DNA of 64,000 nt from Nanobdellota archaeon (GCA_038044745.1 JBBSZK010000005.1:12841-76840), one strand, 5' to 3'. Shown: positions 36,922 through 46,652, numbered from the stretch's first letter. Numbers and translations are program-made. The notes: a model not told the origin generated them from the letters alone.

Positions 36922-37850
36922 TAAGGAGTTTGTGCTCGTTCTTCTAAAGATCTTTTTATTCTATCAATTTCAATTTTAACCGCTCCCCTAGTTCTACTGG
37001 GATATCCCAATTCGACCAATGTATCTCTAATTTTTTTAATATTGATTTTTTTCTTATCGTTGCTTATAATCTTATATTTATCGCTCTCTGATAAGCTGTA
37101 AGCTTTTTTTCTTTCCTCATCGCTCCACCGTACGGGTGGCGCGGTAGTTTCTCCTAACGATTTTCTACGGTTTCCAAGGGCTATAACCACTGCATTTCGG
37201 TTTCTAATCTCCTCTCCTCCGTGATACGTCCCATTAAGGGCCTGTGCAATTCGTATAGCATTGGCATTAGATCCACGCCTAAAATAGGGATCGCGAGAGA
37301 GTTCTGATAACAGGGTCTTTTCAGCATCCGACCACACAACTAGCCCTTTCGCTCTCGTTGCTTGATAACCTGCTTCTCTCCGTCCCTCCTCTGACTGTGC
37401 ATGAATACCTACCCTATTTTGATAATTCTTCTGTCCGCCGATTGATCCCCCTTTATGGCCTAATTCTTTTCGTTGTTCTAATGTTTGAGCATGTATTCCT
37501 TTTCTTTTTTTAAAGATATCAATCCCCTTTGCCTTAGCTACCATGGCTTTATGCTCTTTTCCTATTTTTTCTCTTTCTGCTCTATCGGGGATAAGGCCTT
37601 CATAGGCGCCACAATGACGATCGTCTTTTTCAAAACCGGCTAGTGCATAAAAGACTCCCCGTACCGCAACATGGGCAGTTATATGATACCTCGACTGTAT
37701 GTCGAACTCGTCCACTATTTCTTTCATTAGTTTACCTTCTATATAAGACGCTTTCAGTTTATCTCCACAATCTTCTTGTAGAGTTCTACCTAAGTTGGCG
37801 GCTCTCCATATTGCACCCATTTGTTCTGAGCTTAAATCTTCTCTAATCAT
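36921..37850 (-). CDS. repeat-containing putative DNA-binding protein (309 aa)
   Basis: Two internal duplications are present: GIHAQTLEQRKELGHKGG / GIHAQSEEGRREAGYQ, and VVWSDAEKTLLSELS / VRWSDEERKKAYSLS. The second pair has a Myb/SANT-like W-S-x-x-E pattern. Confidence 0.4.
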   Translation of the reverse strand: MIREDLSSEQMGAIWRAANLGRTLQEDCGDKLKASYIEGKLMKEIVDEFDIQSRYHITAHVAVRGVFYALAGFEKDDRHCGAYEGLIPDRAEREKIGKEHKAMVAKAKGIDIFKKRKGIHAQTLEQRKELGHKGGSIGGQKNYQNRVGIHAQSEEGRREAGYQATRAKGLVVWSDAEKTLLSELSRDPYFRRGSNANAIRIAQALNGTYHGGEEIRNRNAVVIALGNRRKSLGETTAPPVRWSDEERKKAYSLSESDKYKIISNDKKKINIKKIRDTLVELGYPSRTRGAVKIEIDRIKRSLEERAQTP

Positions 37851-38044
37851 AAAACTTCCAAAGCAACTGCTTTTTAAGTCTTTCTACTGAGCTGAGAGCT
37901 CGACAATCCTTAAAAACTCTGCAGCTTGTAGACAAATAACCGAATCAATAGATCCCCGGATTATGCAAGGAGAAACGGGGTTTGATCCTATGCAACTAAC
38001 CTATCACAACAAACTTCTTAAACATCTAACGCGCTCAAAAACAC

Positions 38045-39208
38045 ATGTCCCTATCGACACGACCCTGCCTCTTTACATCTGAATCGGTTGCCGAAGGACA
38101 TCCTGACAAACTCTGTGACCAAATATCGGACGCGCTCCTTGACGCGTTCCTTGCACAAGACCCAGACAGCCGCGTGGCTGTCGAATCATTCACCAAAACG
38201 GGATTTATTCTCGTAGGTGGCGAAGTCACGTCAAAAGCGACGGTTGATGTACAAGAGATAGTGCGCAAAGCCGCACGCGATGCGGGGTATAACGACCCCA
38301 AGTACGGATTTGATGGAAATACCTGTGGTGTTATGAACGCGCTGTCAAAACAATCGCCCGATATTGCGCAAGGTGTTGATGCAAGCGAGAAAAAAGAGCA
38401 AGGCGCAGGCGACCAAGGGCTTATGTTTGGCTACGCCACCAATGAAACGCCCGAGTATATGCCCCTCCCCATAACCCTCGCACACGCACTTATGCAAAAA
38501 AGAAGAGAAGTAAAAGACCAAAAAATAATTCCGTATCTCGGCCCTGATGCAAAATGTCAAGTGACAGTTGCGTACAACGAAGGTAAACCACAACGCGTAC
38601 ACACGATTGTTTTTTCAACCCAACATGATGCTGAGGTGTCACAAGAAAAAATAAAAGCAGAGGTCATACAGCATGTGATAACGCCCGTGTTGGGCGCATG
38701 GTTTGACGAGAACACAATCATTCACGTTAACCCTACTGGCGCGTTCATCATTGGAGGACCCGTAGGAGACGCCGGTCTCACCGGAAGAAAAATCATTGTA
38801 GATACCTACGGAGGATTTGGTCGTCATGGGGGCGGTGCTTTTTCAGGAAAAGACCCGAGTAAAGTCGACCGTAGTGCCGCCTACGCCGCACGATACATCG
38901 CAAAAAACATTGTCGCGGCTAACCTTGCAGACCAATGTGAAGTACAAATCGCCTACGCCATAGGGATTGCGGAACCAGTATCCGTACTCGTACACTGTTT
39001 CGGCACCAACAAAATACCCGAAGAACAAATCGAATCGCTCATTAAACAACACTTTCCGCTCAAGCCTGCAGATATCATCAAACACCTCGATTTAAAACGC
39101 CCTCTCTATGCAAAAACCGCTACGTACGGCCACTTTGGCAGAAACGAACCCGAATTCACCTGGGAACGATTGGATAAAGTAGAGGCGCTCAAACAAGCAT
39201 TAGAATAA
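38045..39208 (+). CDS. metK: S-adenosylmethionine synthetase, bacterial/eukaryotic MetK type
   Basis: [54 protein letters not shown] and [19 protein letters not shown]. Confidence 0.95.
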   Translation: MSLSTRPCLFTSESVAEGHPDKLCDQISDALLDAFLAQDPDSRVAVESFTKTGFILVGGEVTSKATVDVQEIVRKAARDAGYNDPKYGFDGNTCGVMNALSKQSPDIAQGVDASEKKEQGAGDQGLMFGYATNETPEYMPLPITLAHALMQKRREVKDQKIIPYLGPDAKCQVTVAYNEGKPQRVHTIVFSTQHDAEVSQEKIKAEVIQHVITPVLGAWFDENTIIHVNPTGAFIIGGPVGDAGLTGRKIIVDTYGGFGRHGGGAFSGKDPSKVDRSAAYAARYIAKNIVAANLADQCEVQIAYAIGIAEPVSVLVHCFGTNKIPEEQIESLIKQHFPLKPADIIKHLDLKRPLYAKTATYGHFGRNEPEFTWERLDKVEALKQALE

Positions 39209-39210
39209 TA

Positions 39211-41829
39211 TCAGCACACGTCTTTCCAGAAGCACGCACGCGCATTAAACGATTTAAGAACATCAAATATCCCCACAAACACAAACGCAAGCACAACCGA
39301 AACAATCCACCAGTGCCACGGCAGCGCAACCGTCTCAAAGAACACGTGAAGAGGCGTATAGAGAATCGCAAACGTAGCCAAAAGAGATACAAATGAGGCC
39401 ATAACAAGAGCCTTATTGACGAACGGTGAACGCCCCAGTGTCGATTTCCTGAACGACCTAAAGTTAAACGCCCCTATAATTTCAAAACAAATTAAGGTGA
39501 CAAGCGCCGCAGTTCGAGCAAAGGCCACGTCCATTCCCGCAATATAGAGTGCGTAAACGTAGACGCCCAGCGTGCCAAGACCCATGATTACCCCTGCAAT
39601 AATGAGCATCTGAATATGATTCCGCGTCAACAAAGACTCTTTACGACGGGGTTTATGATCCATAACATCAGGGGAACTTGGATTTAATCCGAGTGTGATA
39701 GCAGGGAAGTCATCAGTAATCATGTTCATAAATAAAATTTGAATTGCCACCAACGGCAACGGCAGTCCGAGAAAAATCCCAAAGAAGATAACAAGGATTT
39801 CTGCAAGAACACATGAAAATTGATAGGTAATAAACTTCCGCATATTATTAAAAATAGTTCTTCCCTCCCGAACCGCGCTTACAATCGTTGCAAAGTTATC
39901 GTCTTTCAACGTAATATCTGCAACGCTTCGCGAAACATCGGTACCCGAAATCCCCATTGCAACACCGACTTGTGCTGCTTTGAGAGCAGGAGCGTCATTG
40001 ACGCCGTCTCCCGTCATGGTCACCACCTCACCGCGAGCTTTGAGTGCATTCACAATGCGCAATTTATGTTCGGGTCGCACACGCGCAAAAATGACCGTTT
40101 CCCCAACGCATTGCACGAGTGCCGTATCTGAAAGCGCATCAAGATGTTCTCCAGTCAATAAAGGCCCATGAAGCCCAATTTGAGAGGCAATGGAGAGTGC
40201 CGTCTCGCGATGATCTCCCGTAATCATCTTAACCGCGATACCTGCATGCATGCATTCACGCAATGCAGCAATCACCTCGGGCCGAGGCGGATCTTCAAGC
40301 GCAACAATGCCCAAAAAGATAAGCCCTTTTTCATGATCAATAGTGGTTCCTGTAGAAGGTTTATAGGCAAGCGCGATAGTACGATACCCTCGTGTAGAAA
40401 ATGAATGAACCATCTCTGCAAGCCGCTTACGCTCAGATACGGTAAGGCTAAATACGCCATCTTTGCGATGAATCTTAGTACAGGCATCAAGCACGTATTC
40501 GGGCGCGCCCTTGGTAAACACAAACGAAGATTTTCCCATATGGACAAGCACCGACATAAGTTTACGTTCTGAACTGAACGGAATCTCCGCCTTGCGCGTA
40601 ACATGCAACTGTTCCTTCACAAACCCTGCCTTCGCAGCCATCACCAAAAGCGCGGTTTCAGTCGCCGTCCCCACAATCTCATAGCGATTGTCGCTCCCTG
40701 AACGAGCGATAGAAGCATCGTTGCACGCCACCGCACTTTTACATACTAAATCAAGCACTTTATCTCGAGAAACATCATACGAAGCACCTTCATATCGAAA
40801 TTCTCCTTCAGCAGCGTACCCTGCGCCGCTAATCTCGAGTATGCGACCATCAACAAACGCATACTTTGCCGTCATTTCACCTTTGGTCAACGTACCCGTC
40901 TTATCAGAACAGATAACGGTTGTTTCACCCAGCGTCTCAATCACCGACATACGATTGACAATCGCATTCTGCAAGGCCATACGATGCGCTCCCGCAGAAA
41001 GCGTCGTAATTAATACCACCGGAAAGCTCTCAGGAAACGCCGAAACCGCAAGCGCAATCATGATAATAAGCGCATCGACCATGACCGTCGCCGTAAACGC
41101 ATCCGCTCGTAGCGTGTAAATAACTCCCGTTGCAAGCGCGAAGAAGAGGGCAACAAAAATCGCATAGCGGGCCAATCCATTTACTTTTTTCTGTAACGGC
41201 AGTTCTTTCTGTTCACGAGAAATAAGATTTGCAATCGCACCAAAACGACTTGACATCCCCGTCTTGGTAATCTGTACAGTCGCTCGACCATGTACCACAA
41301 ACGTGCCCATAAATACATAATGCGTATCAGGACCATCACCATCTCGAGAAACGAACTTAGAGACCTCCGCAGACTCGCCCGTCAATAGAGACTCATTAAC
41401 TTTCAGTTCATTTGCTTCCAGAATAAGCCCATCCGCGGGAACACGCTCGCCCGTACGCAACAGCACAATGTCCCCTACAACAAGCTCACGAGCCGGAATC
41501 GTTATCGTCTTTCCATCGCGAATAACAACTGAAACGGGCGTTATCATAGAACGAAGCGCTTGAATAGCTGTTTCTGCACGATATTCCTGGAAAAAGCCAA
41601 TAACGACTACCAACAAAATAATTGCTAAAAGCGCATAGGCCGTAATGGGTTTTTCAACAAAAAAAGAAAGCAACATGGCTACAACAAGAAGATATAACAC
41701 AACATTGCCCCGAATTTGACGAAAGAGAATCATAAGTGGTGCGACCCTGCCGACGTCCTTAATTTCGTTCGAGCCGTGCACACGTAAAAGATCGGTCGCT
41801 TCACGAGAACTCAACCCTTTAAAGTCCAT
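39211..41829 (-). CDS. P-type ATPase, Ca2+/cation-transporting (type II-like)
   Basis: TGES, ICSDKTGTLT, KGAPE, MITGDH and TGDGVNDAPALK motifs, with about 10 TM helices. Confidence 0.9.
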   Translation of the reverse strand: MDFKGLSSREATDLLRVHGSNEIKDVGRVAPLMILFRQIRGNVVLYLLVVAMLLSFFVEKPITAYALLAIILLVVVIGFFQEYRAETAIQALRSMITPVSVVIRDGKTITIPARELVVGDIVLLRTGERVPADGLILEANELKVNESLLTGESAEVSKFVSRDGDGPDTHYVFMGTFVVHGRATVQITKTGMSSRFGAIANLISREQKELPLQKKVNGLARYAIFVALFFALATGVIYTLRADAFTATVMVDALIIMIALAVSAFPESFPVVLITTLSAGAHRMALQNAIVNRMSVIETLGETTVICSDKTGTLTKGEMTAKYAFVDGRILEISGAGYAAEGEFRYEGASYDVSRDKVLDLVCKSAVACNDASIARSGSDNRYEIVGTATETALLVMAAKAGFVKEQLHVTRKAEIPFSSERKLMSVLVHMGKSSFVFTKGAPEYVLDACTKIHRKDGVFSLTVSERKRLAEMVHSFSTRGYRTIALAYKPSTGTTIDHEKGLIFLGIVALEDPPRPEVIAALRECMHAGIAVKMITGDHRETALSIASQIGLHGPLLTGEHLDALSDTALVQCVGETVIFARVRPEHKLRIVNALKARGEVVTMTGDGVNDAPALKAAQVGVAMGISGTDVSRSVADITLKDDNFATIVSAVREGRTIFNNMRKFITYQFSCVLAEILVIFFGIFLGLPLPLVAIQILFMNMITDDFPAITLGLNPSSPDVMDHKPRRKESLLTRNHIQMLIIAGVIMGLGTLGVYVYALYIAGMDVAFARTAALVTLICFEIIGAFNFRSFRKSTLGRSPFVNKALVMASFVSLLATFAILYTPLHVFFETVALPWHWWIVSVVLAFVFVGIFDVLKSFNARACFWKDVC

Positions 41830-41910
41830 AAGACAATAATGCTACATGCCTTTAAAGAGTTTTCAGAGGCAGCATCTTTTTATAGACCCTGCCTGTAAAA
41901 TAACCAAGAG

Positions 41911-42567
41911 ATGAAAAAAAGAGTAACCAGATTTGACAGAGAAACACAGAAGACCGAGTTTCGTGTGGCCATATTCGGTTCCGCACGCATTAAGAAAAAT
42001 GACCCTGCCTATAAATCGATATACGCGCTTGCAAAAATGATTGGCTCACGCGACATAGACATTGTCACGGGGGGCGGCCCCGGACTCATGGAAGCAGCAT
42101 CAGAGGGTCATGCAGCCGCACATAAGGGAAAGGGTCACTCGCTCGGATTACTTATAAAACTTCCAGAGAAACAACGCGAAAGCAACCATCTTAACATAAA
42201 ACGCGAGTTTCACCGATTCTCAGAACGACTTGATACCTTTATGCAATTATCAAACGCAGTCGTAGTAGCCCCGGGTGGATTAGGAACACTCCTCGAGTTT
42301 TTTTACGCGTGGCAGCTTATCCAAGTTAGACAGATATGCGATATCCCCCTTATTCTCCTAGGAGACCATTACCAAGAACTTATCGCGTGGATAAAGAAAG
42401 GCCCGCTCAAACACAGATACATGGAAAAACAAGATATGAAATCTCTCTTTCTTGCAAAAACCCCCCAAGAAGCAATGCACATTATCGAACAAGCCCATGT
42501 CCAGTTCAAACGTGACGGAAAAAACATCTGCCTCAATATAAAGAAATACCGACCAACAATCTTTTAA
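41911..42567 (+). CDS. LOG-family (TIGR00730) Rossmann-fold nucleotide-binding protein
   Basis: VAIFGSAR, VTGGGPGLMEAASEG and VVAPGGLGTLLEFF. Confidence 0.8.
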   Translation: MKKRVTRFDRETQKTEFRVAIFGSARIKKNDPAYKSIYALAKMIGSRDIDIVTGGGPGLMEAASEGHAAAHKGKGHSLGLLIKLPEKQRESNHLNIKREFHRFSERLDTFMQLSNAVVVAPGGLGTLLEFFYAWQLIQVRQICDIPLILLGDHYQELIAWIKKGPLKHRYMEKQDMKSLFLAKTPQEAMHIIEQAHVQFKRDGKNICLNIKKYRPTIF

Positions 42568-42588
42568 ACAGCGTAAAATCATAGCGTT

Positions 42589-43380
42589 ATGGGTTTAGAC
42601 TCTCGATTAAGAATGACAGAAGACGATGTACGACACGCCTTCGGACACCTCGGTTTGAAAATAATAGACACGTCGTTTATATTATGGCCCTACGAAAAAG
42701 GATATTCTAAGGAAAGATATACTCCGAACAAAGTTGAGTACGTTGAAGCAAGTCGTGCATGGTTTAGGAAGCATGCAGACGAATCGGTAGTGACCACGCA
42801 GGAGGTATACGAAGAGGCAAGCAACTGGATTCACTGTATTCGACAATCGCACAAAGAGGCCAGACAATTCAGAAAGAACCTTTTAGATCGCACAACCCAT
42901 GGAAGAAAACCAAAAAGATATGAAGGAGGAAGAGACCTCAACGAAACCGTACGAACATTACAATCCCTTGAAACTCGTGAAAAAGGATTTTGTAAAAGCT
43001 GGGTTGGTGCTCGAATGGCTGAAAAAAAGTACGAAAACCTCCTGAACGAGAGAATTCCTCAACTCATAGAGATAGTTAAAAGCTCCCTTCCCGCGTCAAA
43101 TCAAGAAAGTGTAAATCCCGTAGGAAATAACGACATGAACATCTATGCAAAAGCGTTTACGCTCGGTTACCTCGGACCAGTTACGATTATAACAAGAGAC
43201 AACCATTTTCAACATCTGCACTGGGCTTACGGCAGACAAAGAAAGTTATTGCATGAAGCAGGTTTGTCTGCACCCCCTTACCCGTTATATGTAGTTATTT
43301 ATGGAGAGACCAATGTACGAGGCCTTGTAAGAGCACACGGTCACACACGCGAGATTCCTATGCCTCGCCCATCGCACTAG
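42589..43380 (+). CDS. hypothetical protein, possible split PIN-like fold
   Basis: LKIIDTSFIL near the N-terminus and VTIITRDNHF near the C-terminus resemble the first and last acidic PIN motifs. This is a weak assignment. Confidence 0.3.
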   Translation: MGLDSRLRMTEDDVRHAFGHLGLKIIDTSFILWPYEKGYSKERYTPNKVEYVEASRAWFRKHADESVVTTQEVYEEASNWIHCIRQSHKEARQFRKNLLDRTTHGRKPKRYEGGRDLNETVRTLQSLETREKGFCKSWVGARMAEKKYENLLNERIPQLIEIVKSSLPASNQESVNPVGNNDMNIYAKAFTLGYLGPVTIITRDNHFQHLHWAYGRQRKLLHEAGLSAPPYPLYVVIYGETNVRGLVRAHGHTREIPMPRPSH

Positions 43381-43417
43381 TTTTATAAAGCTAGACCTCC
43401 TTACGCAAAAGAAAGAG

Positions 43418-44398
43418 ATGAACCTCGCTATCAACGGATTTGGTCGTATTGGACGCGCGATTCTAAAAATTGCCCTAGAAAGAAAAATAAACATTGTTGC
43501 CATCAATGACACGCATGGCGCCGAATCAGCAGCTTACACGCTCAAATACGATTCGGTATATGGCAACTACAAACAAAACGTAAGTGCAAAAGGAAACTAT
43601 CTCATTATCAACAACAAAAAAATATCGATCCTCAGCGAACGTGACCCTTTAAAGTTACCTTGGAAATCGCTTAACGTGGATATTGTTATTGAGTCAACAG
43701 GAGCATTCACAAACGCAAAAGACGCCGTAGCCCATCTGAAAGCCGGTGCAAAAAGAGTGATTATTACCGCCCCGGCTAAAAGCCCTGACGTGACCCTCGT
43801 ACCAGGAGTAAACGATTCCTGGCTCAAGAGCTCACACAAGATAATTTCCATCGGTTCCTGCACAACGAATTGTACCGCAACCATCGCAAAAGTCCTGATG
43901 GATACATTCGGAGTAAAATACGCGATGCTTACCACCATCCATGCCTATACCAACGACCAAGCGATTCAAGACAGCGCCCACCATAACATCCGTCGGGGTC
44001 GAGCGGGCGCACTGAACATGGTCCCAACAACAACCGGCGCAGCAGAAACGGTTATTGAAGTCTTGCCCAAACTGAAAGGATTAATGACGGGGTTATCAGT
44101 CAGAGTGCCCGTGGCATGCGGCTCGCTCACCGACTTAACCGTCGAAGTGATAAAGAGAGCGACAGTAAAAAACGTAAATGACGCGTTCAAAAAGGCAAGC
44201 AAAGGTTCATTCAAAGGCCTCATCGAATACACGGAAGACCCACTTGTATCGTCCGACGTCATAGGAAATCCTCATTCTGCGGTCGTAGACGCTTTGAGTA
44301 CGCAAGTCGACGGCAACCTTGTCAAAGTACTGGCATGGTACGACAACGAATTCGGCTACTCTAACCGCGTCGTTGATGTTGTACAACGACTGAAATAA
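43418..44398 (+). CDS. gap: glyceraldehyde-3-phosphate dehydrogenase, class I (bacterial/eukaryotic type)
   Basis: INGFGRIGR, the active site SCTTNC, and WYDNEFGYSNR. Confidence 0.9.
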   Translation: MNLAINGFGRIGRAILKIALERKINIVAINDTHGAESAAYTLKYDSVYGNYKQNVSAKGNYLIINNKKISILSERDPLKLPWKSLNVDIVIESTGAFTNAKDAVAHLKAGAKRVIITAPAKSPDVTLVPGVNDSWLKSSHKIISIGSCTTNCTATIAKVLMDTFGVKYAMLTTIHAYTNDQAIQDSAHHNIRRGRAGALNMVPTTTGAAETVIEVLPKLKGLMTGLSVRVPVACGSLTDLTVEVIKRATVKNVNDAFKKASKGSFKGLIEYTEDPLVSSDVIGNPHSAVVDALSTQVDGNLVKVLAWYDNEFGYSNRVVDVVQRLK

Positions 44399-44410
44399 AG
44401 AAAGAGAAAT

Positions 44411-44420
44411 AATTTATATA
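44411..44420 (+). promoter_or_regulatory. TATA box for the small RHH ORF
   Basis: AATTTATATA lies about 25-30 nt upstream of the ATG at 44442. Confidence 0.45.
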
Positions 44421-44441
44421 GCCTGTCCTGATAGACATACT

Positions 44442-44603
44442 ATGGCAGCAACACCTCCGGGGGCGCGAAAAAGAAAACTTGACTATATGGTCGACCAAAC
44501 TGTATTCGACGAATTCGTAAAAGCCTGTAGCCGAAAAGGATTCGCCCCGCAAGTCTTACTCGAGCAAGCCATGAAAAAGTTCACGCAAAACAGTTCTCTC
44601 TAA
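44442..44603 (+). CDS. small ribbon-helix-helix protein (53 aa), not in the ORF track
   Basis: MAATPPGARKRKLDYMVDQTVFDEFVKACSRKGFAPQVLLEQAMKKFTQNSSL shows a strand-helix-helix pattern and has a well-placed TATA box. Confidence 0.45.
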   Translation: MAATPPGARKRKLDYMVDQTVFDEFVKACSRKGFAPQVLLEQAMKKFTQNSSL

Positions 44604-44642
44604 TACAATAAACTATTTAATCTCCTTTTCAATAAAAATGAC

Positions 44643-44765
44643 ATGGCACGAGCAACCGAATTTGTTGACCGCGACTACGACCGCCGACTTGCAGAGTATA
44701 AGGCCCTGCGTGAGAAGACGCGAGTAGAGCAAGAAAAACAACAGACCAATCAAAAAAGAGATTGA
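44643..44765 (+). CDS. possible 40-aa charged helical peptide
   Basis: MARATEFVDRDYDRRLAEYKALREKTRVEQEKQQTNQKRD. An A/T box (CTATTTAATC) lies about 30 nt upstream. Confidence 0.25.
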   Translation: MARATEFVDRDYDRRLAEYKALREKTRVEQEKQQTNQKRD

Positions 44766-44817
44766 GCGCATAACCTCGATTTTATAAACAACATCTTCCT
44801 AGTCAGAGGAAGGAACG

Positions 44818-45975
44818 ATGGTGATTACAGGCATGAAAACGCTCGATAATCTTGCGGTTAAAAATAAACGTGTTTTAGTGCGGATTGACATCAACAGCGA
44901 CATACGCAAGGGCAAACTCATCCCCTCCGAACGACTTACCGCGCCGCTTGAAACTATTAAAGAACTTCAAAAGAAAGAAGCAAAAATAATTCTCCTCTCC
45001 CATCAAGGGAGGCCAGGAAGCGAAGATTTTACCTCACTAAGACAACACGCAAATTTCCTTAAGAAAAGGATAGCTCATTTCGAGCACGTCCCTGACGTAA
45101 CAGGTATGCAAGCAATTGAAAGAATAATAGCGCTCAAATCGAGCCATGTTCTGCTACTTGACAATGTACGCTTCATTAAAGATGAACTCGAATACAAACC
45201 GCACAAGCCCAATGAGCTCCTTGATCGCATTGCGCCGCTTATAGACCTCTACGTCAACGACGCATTTTCCGCCTCGCACAGACATCAAACGAGTATTACC
45301 GGATTTCCACAACGACTCAAAAGCGCAATGGGTCGCATATTCGAACGCGAATTGCGCGCATTACAAAAAATAGACATGCGTAACGCGCTTCTCGTACTCG
45401 GCGGCTCAAAACCCGAAGACAATATCGAATTGCTTAAGAAAACAAAAGGCAAAATACTCGCATCAGGTCTCTTTGGACCTTTCTGTCTTATGGCCTTAGG
45501 AAAAAATTTAGGCTTACAAAATGCAATAATGAAAGAATCATTAAAAGAGTACGGGTCCATTGTGCGTGCGCATAAGCATAAACTATTACTTCCACACGAC
45601 CTCGCCATAGAGTATAAAGATAAGCGTCATGACCTGCGCATCGACGAATTCCCCCAAAACGCAGAAATACTCGACATCGGGATACAAACCATCGAAGCCT
45701 ACGGAAAAGAAATCATGAATGCAAAAACAATTTTCTTTAAAGGCCTCGCCGGACTTTGTAACAACCCCAAGTTTTCCATAGGCACCCATGCGCTTTTAAT
45801 TGCGCTCACCGAATCAAACGCATTTACGCTCGTAAGCGGTGGTCATACCCTAACCATGATTGAAAAACTTAAGATTCCAAAAAGCAAATTTGGCTACGTC
45901 AGTTTAAGCGGAGGCGCGTTAATTCATTACCTTGCCAAAGGCACGTTACCAGGTATTGAAGCACTTAAACAATGA
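44818..45975 (+). CDS. pgk: phosphoglycerate kinase (archaeal-length)
   Basis: VLVRIDINSDI, ILLSHQGRPG, NDAFSASHR and a C-terminal SGGHT...SLSGGA. Confidence 0.85.
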   Translation: MVITGMKTLDNLAVKNKRVLVRIDINSDIRKGKLIPSERLTAPLETIKELQKKEAKIILLSHQGRPGSEDFTSLRQHANFLKKRIAHFEHVPDVTGMQAIERIIALKSSHVLLLDNVRFIKDELEYKPHKPNELLDRIAPLIDLYVNDAFSASHRHQTSITGFPQRLKSAMGRIFERELRALQKIDMRNALLVLGGSKPEDNIELLKKTKGKILASGLFGPFCLMALGKNLGLQNAIMKESLKEYGSIVRAHKHKLLLPHDLAIEYKDKRHDLRIDEFPQNAEILDIGIQTIEAYGKEIMNAKTIFFKGLAGLCNNPKFSIGTHALLIALTESNAFTLVSGGHTLTMIEKLKIPKSKFGYVSLSGGALIHYLAKGTLPGIEALKQ

Positions 45976-46652
45976 ACAAACAAGGACTAAGCGATGTTGT
46001 AACTGCGATTCTTATAATCCTTATCGTCCTCTTCGCAGTAGGTATTATTTGGGCGTTTCTTCGCCCCACGATAAATGAAACCGCTCGTGTCGCCTCCGCA
46101 CAAGATTGTCTGCTTGTCGAAACCGAGCCCGTTTCATGTGTGTATAGCGGAGCAGGGCAATATTGGTACGCTTCCATCGTTGTAAAGCGAGGTGCAGATC
46201 AAAAGAATGTGTCTGATATAAAATTAATCTTTGAAGATGCGAACGGAAAGAAGAACTCCAAAAGCTGGGGGGAGAGAGTAGTTGGAGGAACTATGCCCCA
46301 ACCCCTCGAAAAATCAACAGCAGGACTGGCACTTGGGAACTTTATCCCCCGCGTCGTGACTGCTGCGCCAATGCTCTCGAAAGAGGGAGCTTGCATCTCG
46401 ACCAAAGAAACGATTTGTGAACGATACGCGTATGAACCGGGCACAGGATGCAATGATTTTAATCAAGACGATTATGGAAATGGGGACGATTATGATTTAT
46501 TTGTCGAATGTTATGAAAACCAAACAATCGGATTGCCTTGTAGTGACGGAACAATTACCGCAGACGTAACGCACGATGGAGTCATAACGATGGATGATTT
46601 CAGTGCGTTTCTTAGTACTTATGAATCAGGAGATACGGGCGGATGTGCGTAG
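45972..46652 (+). CDS. archaeal type IV pilin-like protein (class III signal peptide) with dockerin-like C-terminus
   Basis: MNKQG|LSDVVTAILIILIVLFAVGIIWAF matches the prepilin-peptidase signal (DUF361-like). The C-terminus has two Ca-binding-loop-like segments, DFNQDDYGNGDDYDLF and DVTHDGVITMDDFSAF. The start overlaps the pgk stop (ATGA). Confidence 0.5.
   Translation: MNKQGLSDVVTAILIILIVLFAVGIIWAFLRPTINETARVASAQDCLLVETEPVSCVYSGAGQYWYASIVVKRGADQKNVSDIKLIFEDANGKKNSKSWGERVVGGTMPQPLEKSTAGLALGNFIPRVVTAAPMLSKEGACISTKETICERYAYEPGTGCNDFNQDDYGNGDDYDLFVECYENQTIGLPCSDGTITADVTHDGVITMDDFSAFLSTYESGDTGGCA

Noticed and set aside
37851-38044. A riboswitch or leader structure upstream of metK (194-bp spacer).
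   Set aside because: I could not recognise any SAM-riboswitch core. Only short CCCCG/CGGGG pairings are present, and SAM riboswitches are not expected in an archaeal context.
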